Shown: positions 1 to 8,725 of the stretch, in pieces
How the letters are laid out: each line of letters opens with the position of its first letter
Position numbering within the stretch: the first letter of the stretch is position 1
Assembly (NCBI GenBank): GCA_045587245.1
Contig: JAZNBU010000018.1
Coordinates: 10,775 to 74,774 of the forward strand
Length of the DNA: 64,000 nucleotides
Source: Christensenellaceae bacterium
Lineage (GTDB): Bacteria; Bacillota; Clostridia; Christensenellales; Borkfalkiaceae
Direction: 5' to 3'
Notes under the pieces: model-generated
Seen by the model: only the letters and a program-made list of their open reading frames with translations
What the model was told of the DNA's origin: nothing
Database searches by the model: none
Program-made: the position numbers and the translations under genes

Positions 1-233
1 GTTAATAAATACTAATTGGCGCCACCAACAAACTCTGACTGATTTTTGGTGGAAAAATACTGCAAATTACTTCGTGTTTAGCTCGGTCACAGACCACTCT
101 GGGTATGCTCCCTCACTATAACACTTGTTCTTTTTGTATTTATCTCACCAAATCGAAACAACTTACTAATCAGTCATTTTTTGTCGGCAACGCCTAATAT
201 TTTCAAAAATATTTAAATGTCAAGTAAAAATGC

Positions 234-262
234 TTGACAAAGGGCAAATATAACTATATAAT
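234..262 (+). promoter_or_regulatory. Consensus sigma-A type promoter upstream of ylxM-ffh
   Basis: TTGACA at 234-239, exactly 17 bp spacer, TATAAT at 257-262. Confidence 0.7.
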
Positions 263-265
263 ATC

Positions 266-303
266 AAGGTGTAAAGCAAAAATGTTTTACACCTTTGATT
301 TTT
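266..303 (+). promoter_or_regulatory. 5' leader hairpin with U-tract between the promoter and the ylxM start
   Basis: AAGGTGTAAA (266-275) pairs perfectly with TTTACACCTT (286-295). It is followed by TTGATTTTT and sits about at the predicted transcription start. Confidence 0.5.
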
Positions 304-609
304 ATGGAAAAAGATTTAAGATACACAGAACTTTTTGAACTTTATCAAGATTTGCTAACCGAAAGGCAACGTGAGATATTTACTTGTCACTATTTATTAG
401 ATTTATCTCTTTCGGAAATTGCAGAGCCTGACGGAAACACACGCCAAAGCGTTTATTCCGTCGTAAAAAAGGTTAAAGCTAAACTTGACGAGTATGAAAA
501 AGTTTTAGGGATTTATAAAAAAAATCAAAAATTAATCGTGCTGTCTGAAAAGGCTAAGGCAACAGACGAAAATTTAGCACGAGAGATTTTAGAAATAGTA
601 GGTAAATAA
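304..609 (+). CDS. ylxM: YlxM/UPF0122 family putative HTH protein
   Basis: ORF 295..609. It has a YlxM-like N-terminus and an HTH segment 'LSLSEIAE'. The stop TAA 607-609 abuts the ffh ATG at 610. ATG 304 is preferred over TTG 295, which lies inside the hairpin. Confidence 0.85.
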   Translation: MEKDLRYTELFELYQDLLTERQREIFTCHYLLDLSLSEIAEPDGNTRQSVYSVVKKVKAKLDEYEKVLGIYKKNQKLIVLSEKAKATDENLAREILEIVGK

Positions 610-1923
610 ATGGCACTTTTTTCGGGACTTAGCGAAAAACTTAATCATATATTTAGCAAACTGACAAAGCACGGCAGACTTACTGAACTTGAAATCAGGA
701 CTGCAATGCGTGAAGTTAGAATTGCGCTTTTAGAAGCCGACGTTAACATCTCAGTCGTCAAGTCTTTCGTTGCAAGAGTTAGTGAACGTGCTGTAGGGCA
801 AGAAATTCTAAAGAGTTTAAGCCCAACCCAACAAGTTATAAAGATTGTTAATGAAGAGCTCATTGACCTTATGGGCAGTGCCAACAGCAAACTTGCAGTG
901 GATAGCAATCCACCGACGGTTATAATGATGGCAGGACTTCAAGGTGCTGGTAAAACAACGCTTGTTGGTAAGCTCGGCTTAATGCTTAAAAAACAAGGCA
1001 AAAAACCACTTTTAGTTGCTTGTGACGTTTATCGTCCAGCTGCTATCAATCAATTAAAGATTGTTGGCGAAAAGGCAGGTTGCAGTGTTTTTGAAAAGGG
1101 GCAAGGAAACCCTGTTAAAATAGCAATGGAAGGCGTTAAGCACGCTAAATCTTTTGGTTTTGATACTGTTATTATCGACACGGCAGGTAGACTTCAAATT
1201 GATGAAGACTTAATGCAAGAACTTGAAGAAATCAAGAAAAGCGTTAACCCAAGCGAAATCTTGCTCGTAGTTGACTCAATGACTGGTCAAGTTGCAGTTG
1301 AGGTGGCAGACACCTTTAACAAGAGATTAGAAGTAACGGGTTTGGTTTTAACAAAACTCGACGGTGATACGAGGGGTGGTGCAACCCTATCGATGAAAGC
1401 CGTAACGGGCAAGCCAATTAAGTTCTGTTCTGTTGGCGAAAAACTTGGTGATTTAGAGCCTTTCTATCCAGACCGTATGGCAAACCGAATTCTCGGTATG
1501 GGAGACGTGCTTTCGCTGATTGAAAAGGCGCAAGACGCAGTCACTGAAGCAGAGGCGAAAAAGCTAGAAGAAAAGTTTAGGAAAAATTCTTTTACGTTGG
1601 ATGACTATCTTATGCAGTTTGAAACAATGAAGAAGATGGGTGGCATAAAAGATATACTTGCAATGCTTCCTGGTATGGGGAATAAGTTCAAGATAAACGA
1701 AAGCGATATCGACGAGAAAAAGATGGCAAGAACAAAGGCAATAATTCAGTCGATGACGATGTATGAGCGTGAAAACCCACAAGTAATAAACTCATCACGC
1801 AAAAACCGAATAGCAAAGGGCAGTGGCACAAGCGTTCAAGAAGTCAATAGACTGCTTAAACAGTTTGAGCAAAGCAAAGTGATGATGAAACAAATGAAAA
1901 ATAATAAAATGTTTAAATTTTAA
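610..1923 (+). CDS. ffh: Signal recognition particle protein Ffh
   Basis: SRP GTPase motifs GLQGAGKTT, DTAGRL and TKLDGDTRGG, with a Met-rich C-terminal M domain. Confidence 0.97.
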   Translation: MALFSGLSEKLNHIFSKLTKHGRLTELEIRTAMREVRIALLEADVNISVVKSFVARVSERAVGQEILKSLSPTQQVIKIVNEELIDLMGSANSKLAVDSNPPTVIMMAGLQGAGKTTLVGKLGLMLKKQGKKPLLVACDVYRPAAINQLKIVGEKAGCSVFEKGQGNPVKIAMEGVKHAKSFGFDTVIIDTAGRLQIDEDLMQELEEIKKSVNPSEILLVVDSMTGQVAVEVADTFNKRLEVTGLVLTKLDGDTRGGATLSMKAVTGKPIKFCSVGEKLGDLEPFYPDRMANRILGMGDVLSLIEKAQDAVTEAEAKKLEEKFRKNSFTLDDYLMQFETMKKMGGIKDILAMLPGMGNKFKINESDIDEKKMARTKAIIQSMTMYERENPQVINSSRKNRIAKGSGTSVQEVNRLLKQFEQSKVMMKQMKNNKMFKF

Positions 1924-1946
1924 TAAAAAACAAGGAGAAAAGAACA

Positions 1947-2243
1947 ATGGCAGTAAAAATGAGATTAACAAGAATGGGCGACAAGAAATCACCTTTCTAC
2001 CGTATCGTAATTACAGACAGCAGAAACGCACGTGATGGAGCATATATTGACAAAGTAGGTCACTATAACCCAATCGCACAACCAGCAGAAATCGTTATCG
2101 ATGAGGCTAAGGCAAAGGATTGGCTCTCTAAGGGCGTTCAACCAACAGAAACAGTTAAAAACATACTCGTAAACAAGGGTATTATTCCAAAGTCAGACAA
2201 GCTTTCGCCAGCAAAGACGAAGGTTCGTAAGTCTTCTAAGTAA
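1947..2243 (+). CDS. rpsP: 30S ribosomal protein S16
   Basis: N-terminus MAVKMRLTRMGDKKSPFYRIV is typical of bS16. AAGGAG RBS; conserved position after ffh. Confidence 0.95.
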   Translation: MAVKMRLTRMGDKKSPFYRIVITDSRNARDGAYIDKVGHYNPIAQPAEIVIDEAKAKDWLSKGVQPTETVKNILVNKGIIPKSDKLSPAKTKVRKSSK

Positions 2244-2266
2244 TAATAGCTTTATAAGGTGTTATT

Positions 2267-2512
2267 ATGATAGAACTTATAAAGTACGTTGTTAATCGTT
2301 TCGCTGAAAAACCAGACCAAATCGACTATGATATAGTCAGCGATGGCAAAAACGTAAACGTGACGATTACTCTTGATGCAAGCGATATGGGTAAAGTTAT
2401 AGGTCGCCAAGGCAAGATTGCAAAGGCGCTCCGTACTTTAGTGCGTGTTGGTTCGCAAAAAGAAAACCTAAAATATAATATTGAAATCGTAGAACGCGGG
2501 GAAAAGGAATAA
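2267..2512 (+). CDS. KH-domain RNA-binding protein (YlqC-like)
   Basis: 81 aa with the KH GXXG segment VIGRQGKIAKAL. Conserved position between rpsP and rimM. Confidence 0.85.
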   Translation: MIELIKYVVNRFAEKPDQIDYDIVSDGKNVNVTITLDASDMGKVIGRQGKIAKALRTLVRVGSQKENLKYNIEIVERGEKE

Positions 2513-2525
2513 TTTCCCCGTTTTT
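2497..2525 (+). terminator. Hairpin plus T-run overlapping the KH gene stop (internal attenuator or partial terminator)
   Basis: CGGGGAAA ... TTTCCCCG stem followed by TTTTT at 2521-2525. Confidence 0.5.
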
Positions 2526-2540
2526 CTATCAAAAGAAAAA

Positions 2541-3050
2541 ATGCAAGAAACGTTAAAAATAGGCTTAATCTTAAAGCCACAAGGAATAAAAGGGCAACTA
2601 AAAGTTCAGCCCTTAACCGACGATATAAATCGTTATAAAAATTTAAAAGAGATTATAATCGACCAAAAAGTTTACCGTGTGACAGGCGCTATTATCAGTG
2701 GTCAAACGGTGTTTTTACAGCTTTTTGGCGTTAATGATAGAGATACTGCGGAAACCTTCCGTGGTAAGTTTTTGCACGTTAAAAGGGAAGATGCCGTTGC
2801 CTTAGAAGAAGGCAGATATTTTGTTGTAGACTTAATCGGTTGCAACGTTATAAGCAAAGAAAAAGGCGTTATCGGCGAAATTATTGATATATTCTCTTCT
2901 CGCACAGACGTTATAACCGTTAAATGCTTAGATGGAAGAGTTATGCGTTTTCCTTTTCTAAAAGATTTAGTTGAAAGGGTGGACGTAATAAACAAAGAGT
3001 TTGTTGTTTTTGATAAGCGTTTAAGCGAGGTTTCATGCTATGAAGATTGA
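2541..3050 (+). CDS. rimM: 16S rRNA processing protein RimM
   Basis: 169 aa. N-terminus 'IGLILKPQGIKGQLKV' is typical of RimM. Lies between the KH gene and trmD. Confidence 0.85.
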   Translation: MQETLKIGLILKPQGIKGQLKVQPLTDDINRYKNLKEIIIDQKVYRVTGAIISGQTVFLQLFGVNDRDTAETFRGKFLHVKREDAVALEEGRYFVVDLIGCNVISKEKGVIGEIIDIFSSRTDVITVKCLDGRVMRFPFLKDLVERVDVINKEFVVFDKRLSEVSCYED

Positions 3051-3705
3051 CATTTTAACGCTGTTTCCAGAAATGTTTGCGCCACTTAAAACAAGTATTA
3101 TAGGCAGGGCTGTTGAGAGCAAAAAACTCGAGATAAACGTTATTGATATAAGAGAATACACCCACGATAAACACAATAAATGTGACGACACGCCGTTTGG
3201 TGGTGGTGCAGGTATGGTTATGATGGCTCAGCCTATTGCAAGCGCAATAGATGCTATTGATAAAGACCATAATGCAAGGCGCATTTTCTTGTCACCAAGG
3301 GGCAGAACTTTCAGCCAAAAAATTGTTTTAGAATACGCTAAAGAGGAGCACTTATTGTTTCTTTGTGGGCATTATGAAGGGGTTGACCAAAGGGTTATCG
3401 ACCTATATATTGATGAGGAATTATCTATTGGCGACTTTGTTTTAACGGGGGGCGAAATACCTGCAATGGCTGTTGTTGATGCCGTTGCAAGATACGTTGA
3501 CGGGGTTATTAGCCACGATTCACTTGACCAAGAAAGTTTTGCAAGTGGTATGCTCGAATACCCACAATATACTCGTCCACAAGAGTTTATGGGCTTAAAA
3601 GTTCCAGAAGTTTTAACGAGTGGTCACCACGCAAAAATCGAGGAGTGGAGAAGGCAAAAATCATTAGAAATAACCCAAAAAAATCGTCCAGATTTGATTA
3701 AGTAG
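3040..3705 (+). CDS. trmD: tRNA (guanine37-N1)-methyltransferase TrmD
   Basis: 'IDILTLFPEMF' N-terminus and 'GHYEGVDQRV ... LSIGDFVLTGGE' SPOUT knot motifs. Overlaps rimM by 11 nt. Confidence 0.95.
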   Translation: MKIDILTLFPEMFAPLKTSIIGRAVESKKLEINVIDIREYTHDKHNKCDDTPFGGGAGMVMMAQPIASAIDAIDKDHNARRIFLSPRGRTFSQKIVLEYAKEEHLLFLCGHYEGVDQRVIDLYIDEELSIGDFVLTGGEIPAMAVVDAVARYVDGVISHDSLDQESFASGMLEYPQYTRPQEFMGLKVPEVLTSGHHAKIEEWRRQKSLEITQKNRPDLIK

Positions 3706-3713
3706 GAGACAAA

Positions 3714-4547
3714 ATGAAGCATTTACAATGGTTTCCAGGTCATATGACGGCAGCAATGCGTATGATGGAAGAAAACTTAAAAGCAGTTGATGGGGTTATG
3801 ATTGTTCTTGATGCAAGAGCGCCAAGGGCATCTCTTAATTCTAAACTCGACAAACTTTTTGTCAATAAAAAGGTGCTATACGTTCTTAATAAATGCGACC
3901 TTGTAGAGCCTCTGGACATAAAAAGGACTATTAATGAGTTTGGTCAGGAAAATAAAGAAGTTATAGCAGTCAGCGCAATGGATAAAAGAGCAGTTGATTT
4001 GCTTTATAACAAGATTTTTTCACTTTTACAAGAAAAGCTAGAAAACAATAAAAGAAAGGGCGTGTTTAAGCCTATCAGAATTATGGTTGCAGGTATTCCA
4101 AACACGGGCAAATCAACAATAATAAACGCACTTTGCGGTGGCAAAAAAACGGTCACGGGCAACAAAGCTGGCGTGACAAAGGGCAAGCAATGGGTAAGGC
4201 TAAGAGAGCTTGAACTTTTAGATACTCCAGGCACAATGCCACCTGCTTTTGACAATCAAGTTTTGGCAAAGCACCTTGCATATATCGGCAGTATGAACGA
4301 TGCAAATATCGACTTTAACGACCTTGCTTATGAACTTTTAGCCGAGCTAAAAGACAGATATCCTGACCTATTAAAAAACAAATATAAAATTGACGATTTA
4401 GATGTTGAAACGCTTGAACTTTTTAACGCAATTTGCGTTCGCCGTGGCTTTTTGAGAAAGGGTGCAGAGTTTGATTACGAGCGCTGTGCAACGGCGATTA
4501 TAGACGACTTTAGAAAGGGAAGAATAGGTAAAATTATTCTCGATTGA
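3714..4547 (+). CDS. rbgA: Ribosome biogenesis GTPase A (RbgA/YlqF)
   Basis: 'QWFPGHM' N-terminus. Circularly permuted GTPase motifs NKCDL, GIPNTGKST and DTPG. Confidence 0.9.
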   Translation: MKHLQWFPGHMTAAMRMMEENLKAVDGVMIVLDARAPRASLNSKLDKLFVNKKVLYVLNKCDLVEPLDIKRTINEFGQENKEVIAVSAMDKRAVDLLYNKIFSLLQEKLENNKRKGVFKPIRIMVAGIPNTGKSTIINALCGGKKTVTGNKAGVTKGKQWVRLRELELLDTPGTMPPAFDNQVLAKHLAYIGSMNDANIDFNDLAYELLAELKDRYPDLLKNKYKIDDLDVETLELFNAICVRRGFLRKGAEFDYERCATAIIDDFRKGRIGKIILD

Positions 4548-4548
4548 T

Positions 4549-5160
4549 ATGAATAAACTTTTATACGAAAGAAAGCATTTAAGTGAAGGAAAAAAGTATA
4601 TAGCAGGCGTTGATGAAGTGGGCAGAGGGCCACTCGCTGGGCCTGTTGTTTGCGCATCGGTAATAATGCCTTTAGATGACATAATCGAAGGGGTGACCGA
4701 CAGCAAAAAACTTTCTGAAAAAAAGAGAGAAAAACTTTATCCTTTAATAAAGGAAAAGGCTATTTGCTATTCTATTCAAGAGATATCCCAAGAAGAAATT
4801 GATGAAATAAATATCCTTAACGCTGTTAAAAAATGTATGGTAAAAGCAGTTGAAAGTTTGAGTGTTAAGCCAGATATAACGCTTGTTGACGGCAATGATA
4901 CAAACCTACCTATCAATGCTGAGTACATAGTTAAGGGCGACTTAAATAGTTATACTATAGGCTGTGCATCGATTTTAGCAAAGGTGTATAGGGATAACTT
5001 AATGAAAGAGTATGCTAAAGAGTTCCCAGAATACGGCTTTGAAAAGCATAAGGGGTATGGCACGAAAGTGCATATTGATAAAATTAAGGAGATTGGACCT
5101 TGCAAATTGCACAGAAGAACTTTTATAAAAAACTTTTGGGTAGAGCCGGAGAAAAATTAG
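4549..5160 (+). CDS. rnhB: Ribonuclease HII
   Basis: 'GVDEVGRGPLAGPVV' catalytic motif, 203 aa. Confidence 0.93.
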   Translation: MNKLLYERKHLSEGKKYIAGVDEVGRGPLAGPVVCASVIMPLDDIIEGVTDSKKLSEKKREKLYPLIKEKAICYSIQEISQEEIDEINILNAVKKCMVKAVESLSVKPDITLVDGNDTNLPINAEYIVKGDLNSYTIGCASILAKVYRDNLMKEYAKEFPEYGFEKHKGYGTKVHIDKIKEIGPCKLHRRTFIKNFWVEPEKN

Positions 5161-5465
5161 CAGTAGATTTTTTAAAAAAGAAAGGCTTTAAGATATTAAA
5201 AACCAACTATAAAACGCCCGTTGGAGAAATAGATATTATCGGTGAAGATAACGGAGCCATAGTTTTTGTTGAAGTCAAGACGAGAACGAGCGATAATTAT
5301 GGCTTGCCAAGAGAGGCAGTTGATAGAAAAAAACAAGAAAAATATTATAAAACTGCCACGTTTTACTTGCAAAAAGAGAGAAAAATGGATAGCAGTTGCA
5401 GGTTTGACGTAATAGAAATAGAAAATGGGCAAATAAATCATATTTTTAATGCATTTGGGGTGTAA
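5100..5465 (+). CDS. YraN family (UPF0102) endonuclease-like protein
   Basis: 'GEIDIIGEDNGAIVFVEVKTR' motif. The TTG start at 5100 has AAGGAG 8 nt upstream. Overlaps the rnhB 3' end; an alternative TTG lies at 5136. Confidence 0.8.
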   Translation: MQIAQKNFYKKLLGRAGEKLAVDFLKKKGFKILKTNYKTPVGEIDIIGEDNGAIVFVEVKTRTSDNYGLPREAVDRKKQEKYYKTATFYLQKERKMDSSCRFDVIEIENGQINHIFNAFGV

Positions 5466-5470
5466 AACGC

Positions 5471-5499
5471 TTGCAATAAATGAAAAAATATGATATTAT
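5471..5499 (+). promoter_or_regulatory. Promoter of rplS
   Basis: TTGCAA 5471-5476, 17 bp spacer, TGaTATTAT extended -10 (TATTAT 5494-5499). Confidence 0.6.
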
Positions 5500-5503
5500 A
5501 TTA

Positions 5504-5548
5504 AACGCTTTGAGCGTTCCTCTTGCAAAAAAGTTGACAATGAACGCT
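5504..5548 (+). promoter_or_regulatory. rplS 5' leader with mutually exclusive pairings (possible L19 autoregulatory leader)
   Basis: AACGCT (5504-5509) pairs with AGCGTT (5513-5518). Alternatively AGCGTTC (5513-5519) pairs with GAACGCT (5542-5548), just upstream of the GGAGG RBS. Confidence 0.35.
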
Positions 5549-5570
5549 AATAAATTGGAGGTAAAAGCAA

Positions 5571-5918
5571 ATGAACGGCATTATTGATGCAATCAATCAA
5601 GAAAACTTAAAAAGCACAATTCCACAATTTAACGTTGGCGACACTGTTAAGGTAATGGTAAAGGTTATCGAAGGTGACAGAGAAAGATTACAAGCCTTTG
5701 AAGGTATCGTTATCGCAAGAAAACACGGTGGCATTAGCGAAACTTTCACTGTTAGAAGACTTTCTTTCGGTGTAGGCGTTGAAAAGACATTCCCAATCCA
5801 CTCGCCAAAGGTTGCAGACATTCAAGTTGTAAGACACGGTAAAGTACGTCGTGCAAAACTTTACTACTTGCGTGCAAGAACAGGTAAGGCTGCAAAAGTT
5901 AAAGAAATTAAAAAATAA
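5571..5918 (+). CDS. rplS: 50S ribosomal protein L19
   Basis: 115 aa. 'FNVGDTVKV ... [13 protein letters not shown]' is typical of bL19. Confidence 0.95.
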   Translation: MNGIIDAINQENLKSTIPQFNVGDTVKVMVKVIEGDRERLQAFEGIVIARKHGGISETFTVRRLSFGVGVEKTFPIHSPKVADIQVVRHGKVRRAKLYYLRARTGKAAKVKEIKK

Positions 5919-5936
5919 TTTATCTTTAAGAAAAAC

Positions 5937-5969
5937 GAACTTGTCAAAATTTGGGCAAGTTCTTTTTTT
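5937..5969 (+). terminator. Rho-independent terminator after rplS
   Basis: GAACTTG ... CAAGTTC stem followed by TTTTTTT (5963-5969). Confidence 0.8.
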
Positions 5970-6120
5970 ATATTTTTTATTTTGGCGCTAGCAATAAAAA
6001 AGTAGCAAAATACTTGTTAAAAATTGAATTTTCCTATATATTATGTTTACTTTTAAAATAAAATATTATATAATAATATAATAATGAGCGAGTTTTGGCT
6101 TTTTTAAGGGGATAAGAGAA

Positions 6121-7632
6121 ATGATTGCAAAAGTTAACGGGTTTACCCTCATTGGACTTGAAGGCGTTGCCATTGAAGTTGAGGTAGATATTAACAACGG
6201 TCTTCCTGCGTTTGACATCGTGGGACTTGCTGACACTGCTGTTAAAGAATCAAAAGAACGTGTTCGCTCTGCAATTAAAAACAGTGGCAGGAATATGCCG
6301 ATTAAGCATATAACCGTTAACCTTGCTCCTGCAGGCGTTAAAAAGGAAGGCCCAGCTCTTGACCTTGCAATTGCAATAGGTGTGCTTATAGCAAGTGGAC
6401 AACTTAACGTTGATACAAACGGCGCTATCTTCTTGGGCGAACTTTCGCTTGATGGAAGCGTTAGAAGGGTGAACGGCGTGTTGCCAATGCTTATTTCTGC
6501 GTTAGGTGCAGGGTATACTAAATTTATTATCCCAAAAGAAAATGAAAAGGAAGCCTCTTTTGTGGACGGCATAGAGGTCGTTGGGGTACAAAGCCTAAAA
6601 GAGACTATAGACCACCTTTCTGGGTTAATCAATATAGAGCCTATTAAAAAGCACGACTATAGGGCTAGTGAATCAGAAAACTTATATCATAGTGACCTTG
6701 CTTTAGTAAAAGGTCAAGCCGTTGCAAAAAGGGCACTTGAAGTTGCCGTATCCGGTGGGCACAATCTACTTTTTGTGGGCGCACCTGGAACGGGTAAAAC
6801 AATGCTAGCAAAATGCATACCGACTATTATGCCTGATATGACTTTTGAAGAAGCGCTTGAAACGACAAAAATTCACTCGGTTGCAGGCATGCTCAAAGAT
6901 AGTGACGGAATAGTGTTATCTCGTCCGTTTAGAAGTCCGCATCACACGGCGACTACTGTTGCGCTCGCTGGTGGTGGACAGCATTTAAAACCCGGTGAAA
7001 TTTCACTTGCACACAACGGAGTGTTGTTTTTAGATGAAATGCCGGAATATAATCGCTCTAGCTTAGAAGTTTTGCGCCAACCACTCGAAGATGGAAATAT
7101 CACAGTTTCAAGAGCGACAGGCACGGTAAACTATCCAGCGAACTTTATGCTTTGTGGAAGTATGAACCCTTGTCCTTGTGGAAATTATGGCTCGGCAGAA
7201 AAGGTTTGCACTTGTTCGCCTTCGCAAATTTCTAAATATAAATCAAAAATCTCTGGCCCACTACTAGATAGAATTGATATTCAAGTGGAAGTTGATGAAG
7301 TTAAGTACGCTGAGCTTACCGAACAAAAAGAGGCGGAGAGTTCTAAAACGGTTAAAAGTAGGGTAAATAGAACGAGAGAGATTCAAAAACTAAGATTTAC
7401 TGGCGACGGTATTTTAACCAACAGCGATATGGGTGAAAAGCATATCCAAAAATATTGTAAGTTATCTAAAGAGTGTGAAGATATTTTGAAAAGGGCATAT
7501 GAGAGTTTGCACTTATCACCGAGGGCAAGAAGCAGGATAATAAAGGTTGCAAGAACAATTGCCGATATGGAACTTTACGAACAAATTATGCCTGCACACA
7601 TTTTAGAAGCGATAAGTTATAGACATACTTAA
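6121..7632 (+). CDS. comM: YifB/ComM family Mg-chelatase-like AAA+ ATPase
   Basis: 503 aa with an N-terminal Lon-protease-like domain, Walker A GAPGTGKTM and 'LFLDEMPE'. Located upstream of dprA. Confidence 0.9.
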   Translation: MIAKVNGFTLIGLEGVAIEVEVDINNGLPAFDIVGLADTAVKESKERVRSAIKNSGRNMPIKHITVNLAPAGVKKEGPALDLAIAIGVLIASGQLNVDTNGAIFLGELSLDGSVRRVNGVLPMLISALGAGYTKFIIPKENEKEASFVDGIEVVGVQSLKETIDHLSGLINIEPIKKHDYRASESENLYHSDLALVKGQAVAKRALEVAVSGGHNLLFVGAPGTGKTMLAKCIPTIMPDMTFEEALETTKIHSVAGMLKDSDGIVLSRPFRSPHHTATTVALAGGGQHLKPGEISLAHNGVLFLDEMPEYNRSSLEVLRQPLEDGNITVSRATGTVNYPANFMLCGSMNPCPCGNYGSAEKVCTCSPSQISKYKSKISGPLLDRIDIQVEVDEVKYAELTEQKEAESSKTVKSRVNRTREIQKLRFTGDGILTNSDMGEKHIQKYCKLSKECEDILKRAYESLHLSPRARSRIIKVARTIADMELYEQIMPAHILEAISYRHT

Positions 7633-7633
7633 T

Positions 7634-8725
7634 ATGAGAAAATATACCAAAGAAGAACTTAGTTTAATTTGGCTGGACAGTTTTGTGGGGCTTGAGTATA
7701 AGCACAAAGTTAAAATTTACGATTATCTATCAAAAAGCCAAAAAATTAGCGATGGCCTTGCGCTCGCAAAAGACTATATTTTAAGTAGCATTGGCGAAAA
7801 CGAGTTTAAAACTATGCTTAGCTCGGCAAATCAAAATTACTTAGATTTTGTTTTAGACGAGCTGGATAGAAGGGATATTATAGCCGTCACGATTGAGTCG
7901 GATAGATACCCAAGTCAGTTAAACGACGTAGAGCTAAAGCCTTTAGTTTTATATGCAAAGGGAAATTTAGATTTGCTTGACGCTAAAAGTTTTGCTATTG
8001 TGGGGAGCAGGAAAAGTTTGCCACTATCCATTTCAATTGCAAAAGACTTTGCAAAAAGCTTGTCAGAGCACTTTACTTTAGTGACGGGCATAGCTGAAGG
8101 TGTGGATAGCGAAGTTATCAAAAGCGCACTTAGCACCACCAAGAACATAATTTCAGTTATTGCAGGTGGGTTTGATAATATTTATCCTAGCACAAATAAA
8201 GCTGTTTTTGAAAAGGTTGCAAAAGAGGGGCTAGTGCTCAGCGAACACCCACCAAAAGTAGTTCCAAAGCCATATCACTTTCCTATCAGGAATAGAATAA
8301 TAGCAGGGCTATCAAAAGGCGTATTAGTTGTGAGTGGTGGGCTAAAGAGTGGCACGCTATACACAGCAGAGTATGCTGGCGAATATGCAAGGGATTTATT
8401 TGCCGTGCCATATAGCGTGGGCGTGGCGTCTGGTCAAGGCACAAACGACTTAATCAAGCGTGGAGCAATGCTCGCTGACAAGGTCGAGGATATATTGGAA
8501 TTTTATTCCTTAAAAAACAACGACAGTTTGGAAAAACTAACAAAAGAAGAGAAAGATATTTTAAGGGTACTTTCAAACGGCAATGCGCATATAGAGAAAA
8601 TATGTAGCGAGTTAAATAAAAACACTTATGAAATGCTAGCACAATTATCAATCTTAGAAATAAAAGGCGTGATTGTAAAAAGTGGAAACGTTTACGGCTT
8701 GGTCCGTAACTATTCGGAGGATTAG
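7634..8725 (+). CDS. dprA: DNA processing protein DprA (Smf)
   Basis: Rossmann-like core 'IVGSRK ... GIAEGVDS ... GGLKSGTLYTA'. Position upstream of topA as in Bacillus. Confidence 0.9.
   Translation: MRKYTKEELSLIWLDSFVGLEYKHKVKIYDYLSKSQKISDGLALAKDYILSSIGENEFKTMLSSANQNYLDFVLDELDRRDIIAVTIESDRYPSQLNDVELKPLVLYAKGNLDLLDAKSFAIVGSRKSLPLSISIAKDFAKSLSEHFTLVTGIAEGVDSEVIKSALSTTKNIISVIAGGFDNIYPSTNKAVFEKVAKEGLVLSEHPPKVVPKPYHFPIRNRIIAGLSKGVLVVSGGLKSGTLYTAEYAGEYARDLFAVPYSVGVASGQGTNDLIKRGAMLADKVEDILEFYSLKNNDSLEKLTKEEKDILRVLSNGNAHIEKICSELNKNTYEMLAQLSILEIKGVIVKSGNVYGLVRNYSED

Noticed and set aside
1-233. Left-edge non-coding-looking DNA. It contains a 7-bp hairpin (CCACCAA/TTGGTGG, about 22-52), a minus-strand 'TTGGTGGCGCC' faintly resembling a T-box motif, and a frame-2 ORF open to the left edge (2-121)
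   Set aside because: I could not match it to SRP RNA, tmRNA, RNase P, a T-box or any riboswitch consensus that I know. The hairpin lacks a following U-tract on either strand. The 39-codon open frame has no recognisable similarity. The region is truncated by the window edge, so no call is made; a covariance-model scan of the extended region would decide.
6066-6632. 188-aa minus-strand ORF overlapping the comM 5' region
   Set aside because: It is antisense to a clearly conserved AAA+ gene, has low-complexity composition, and has no start context.
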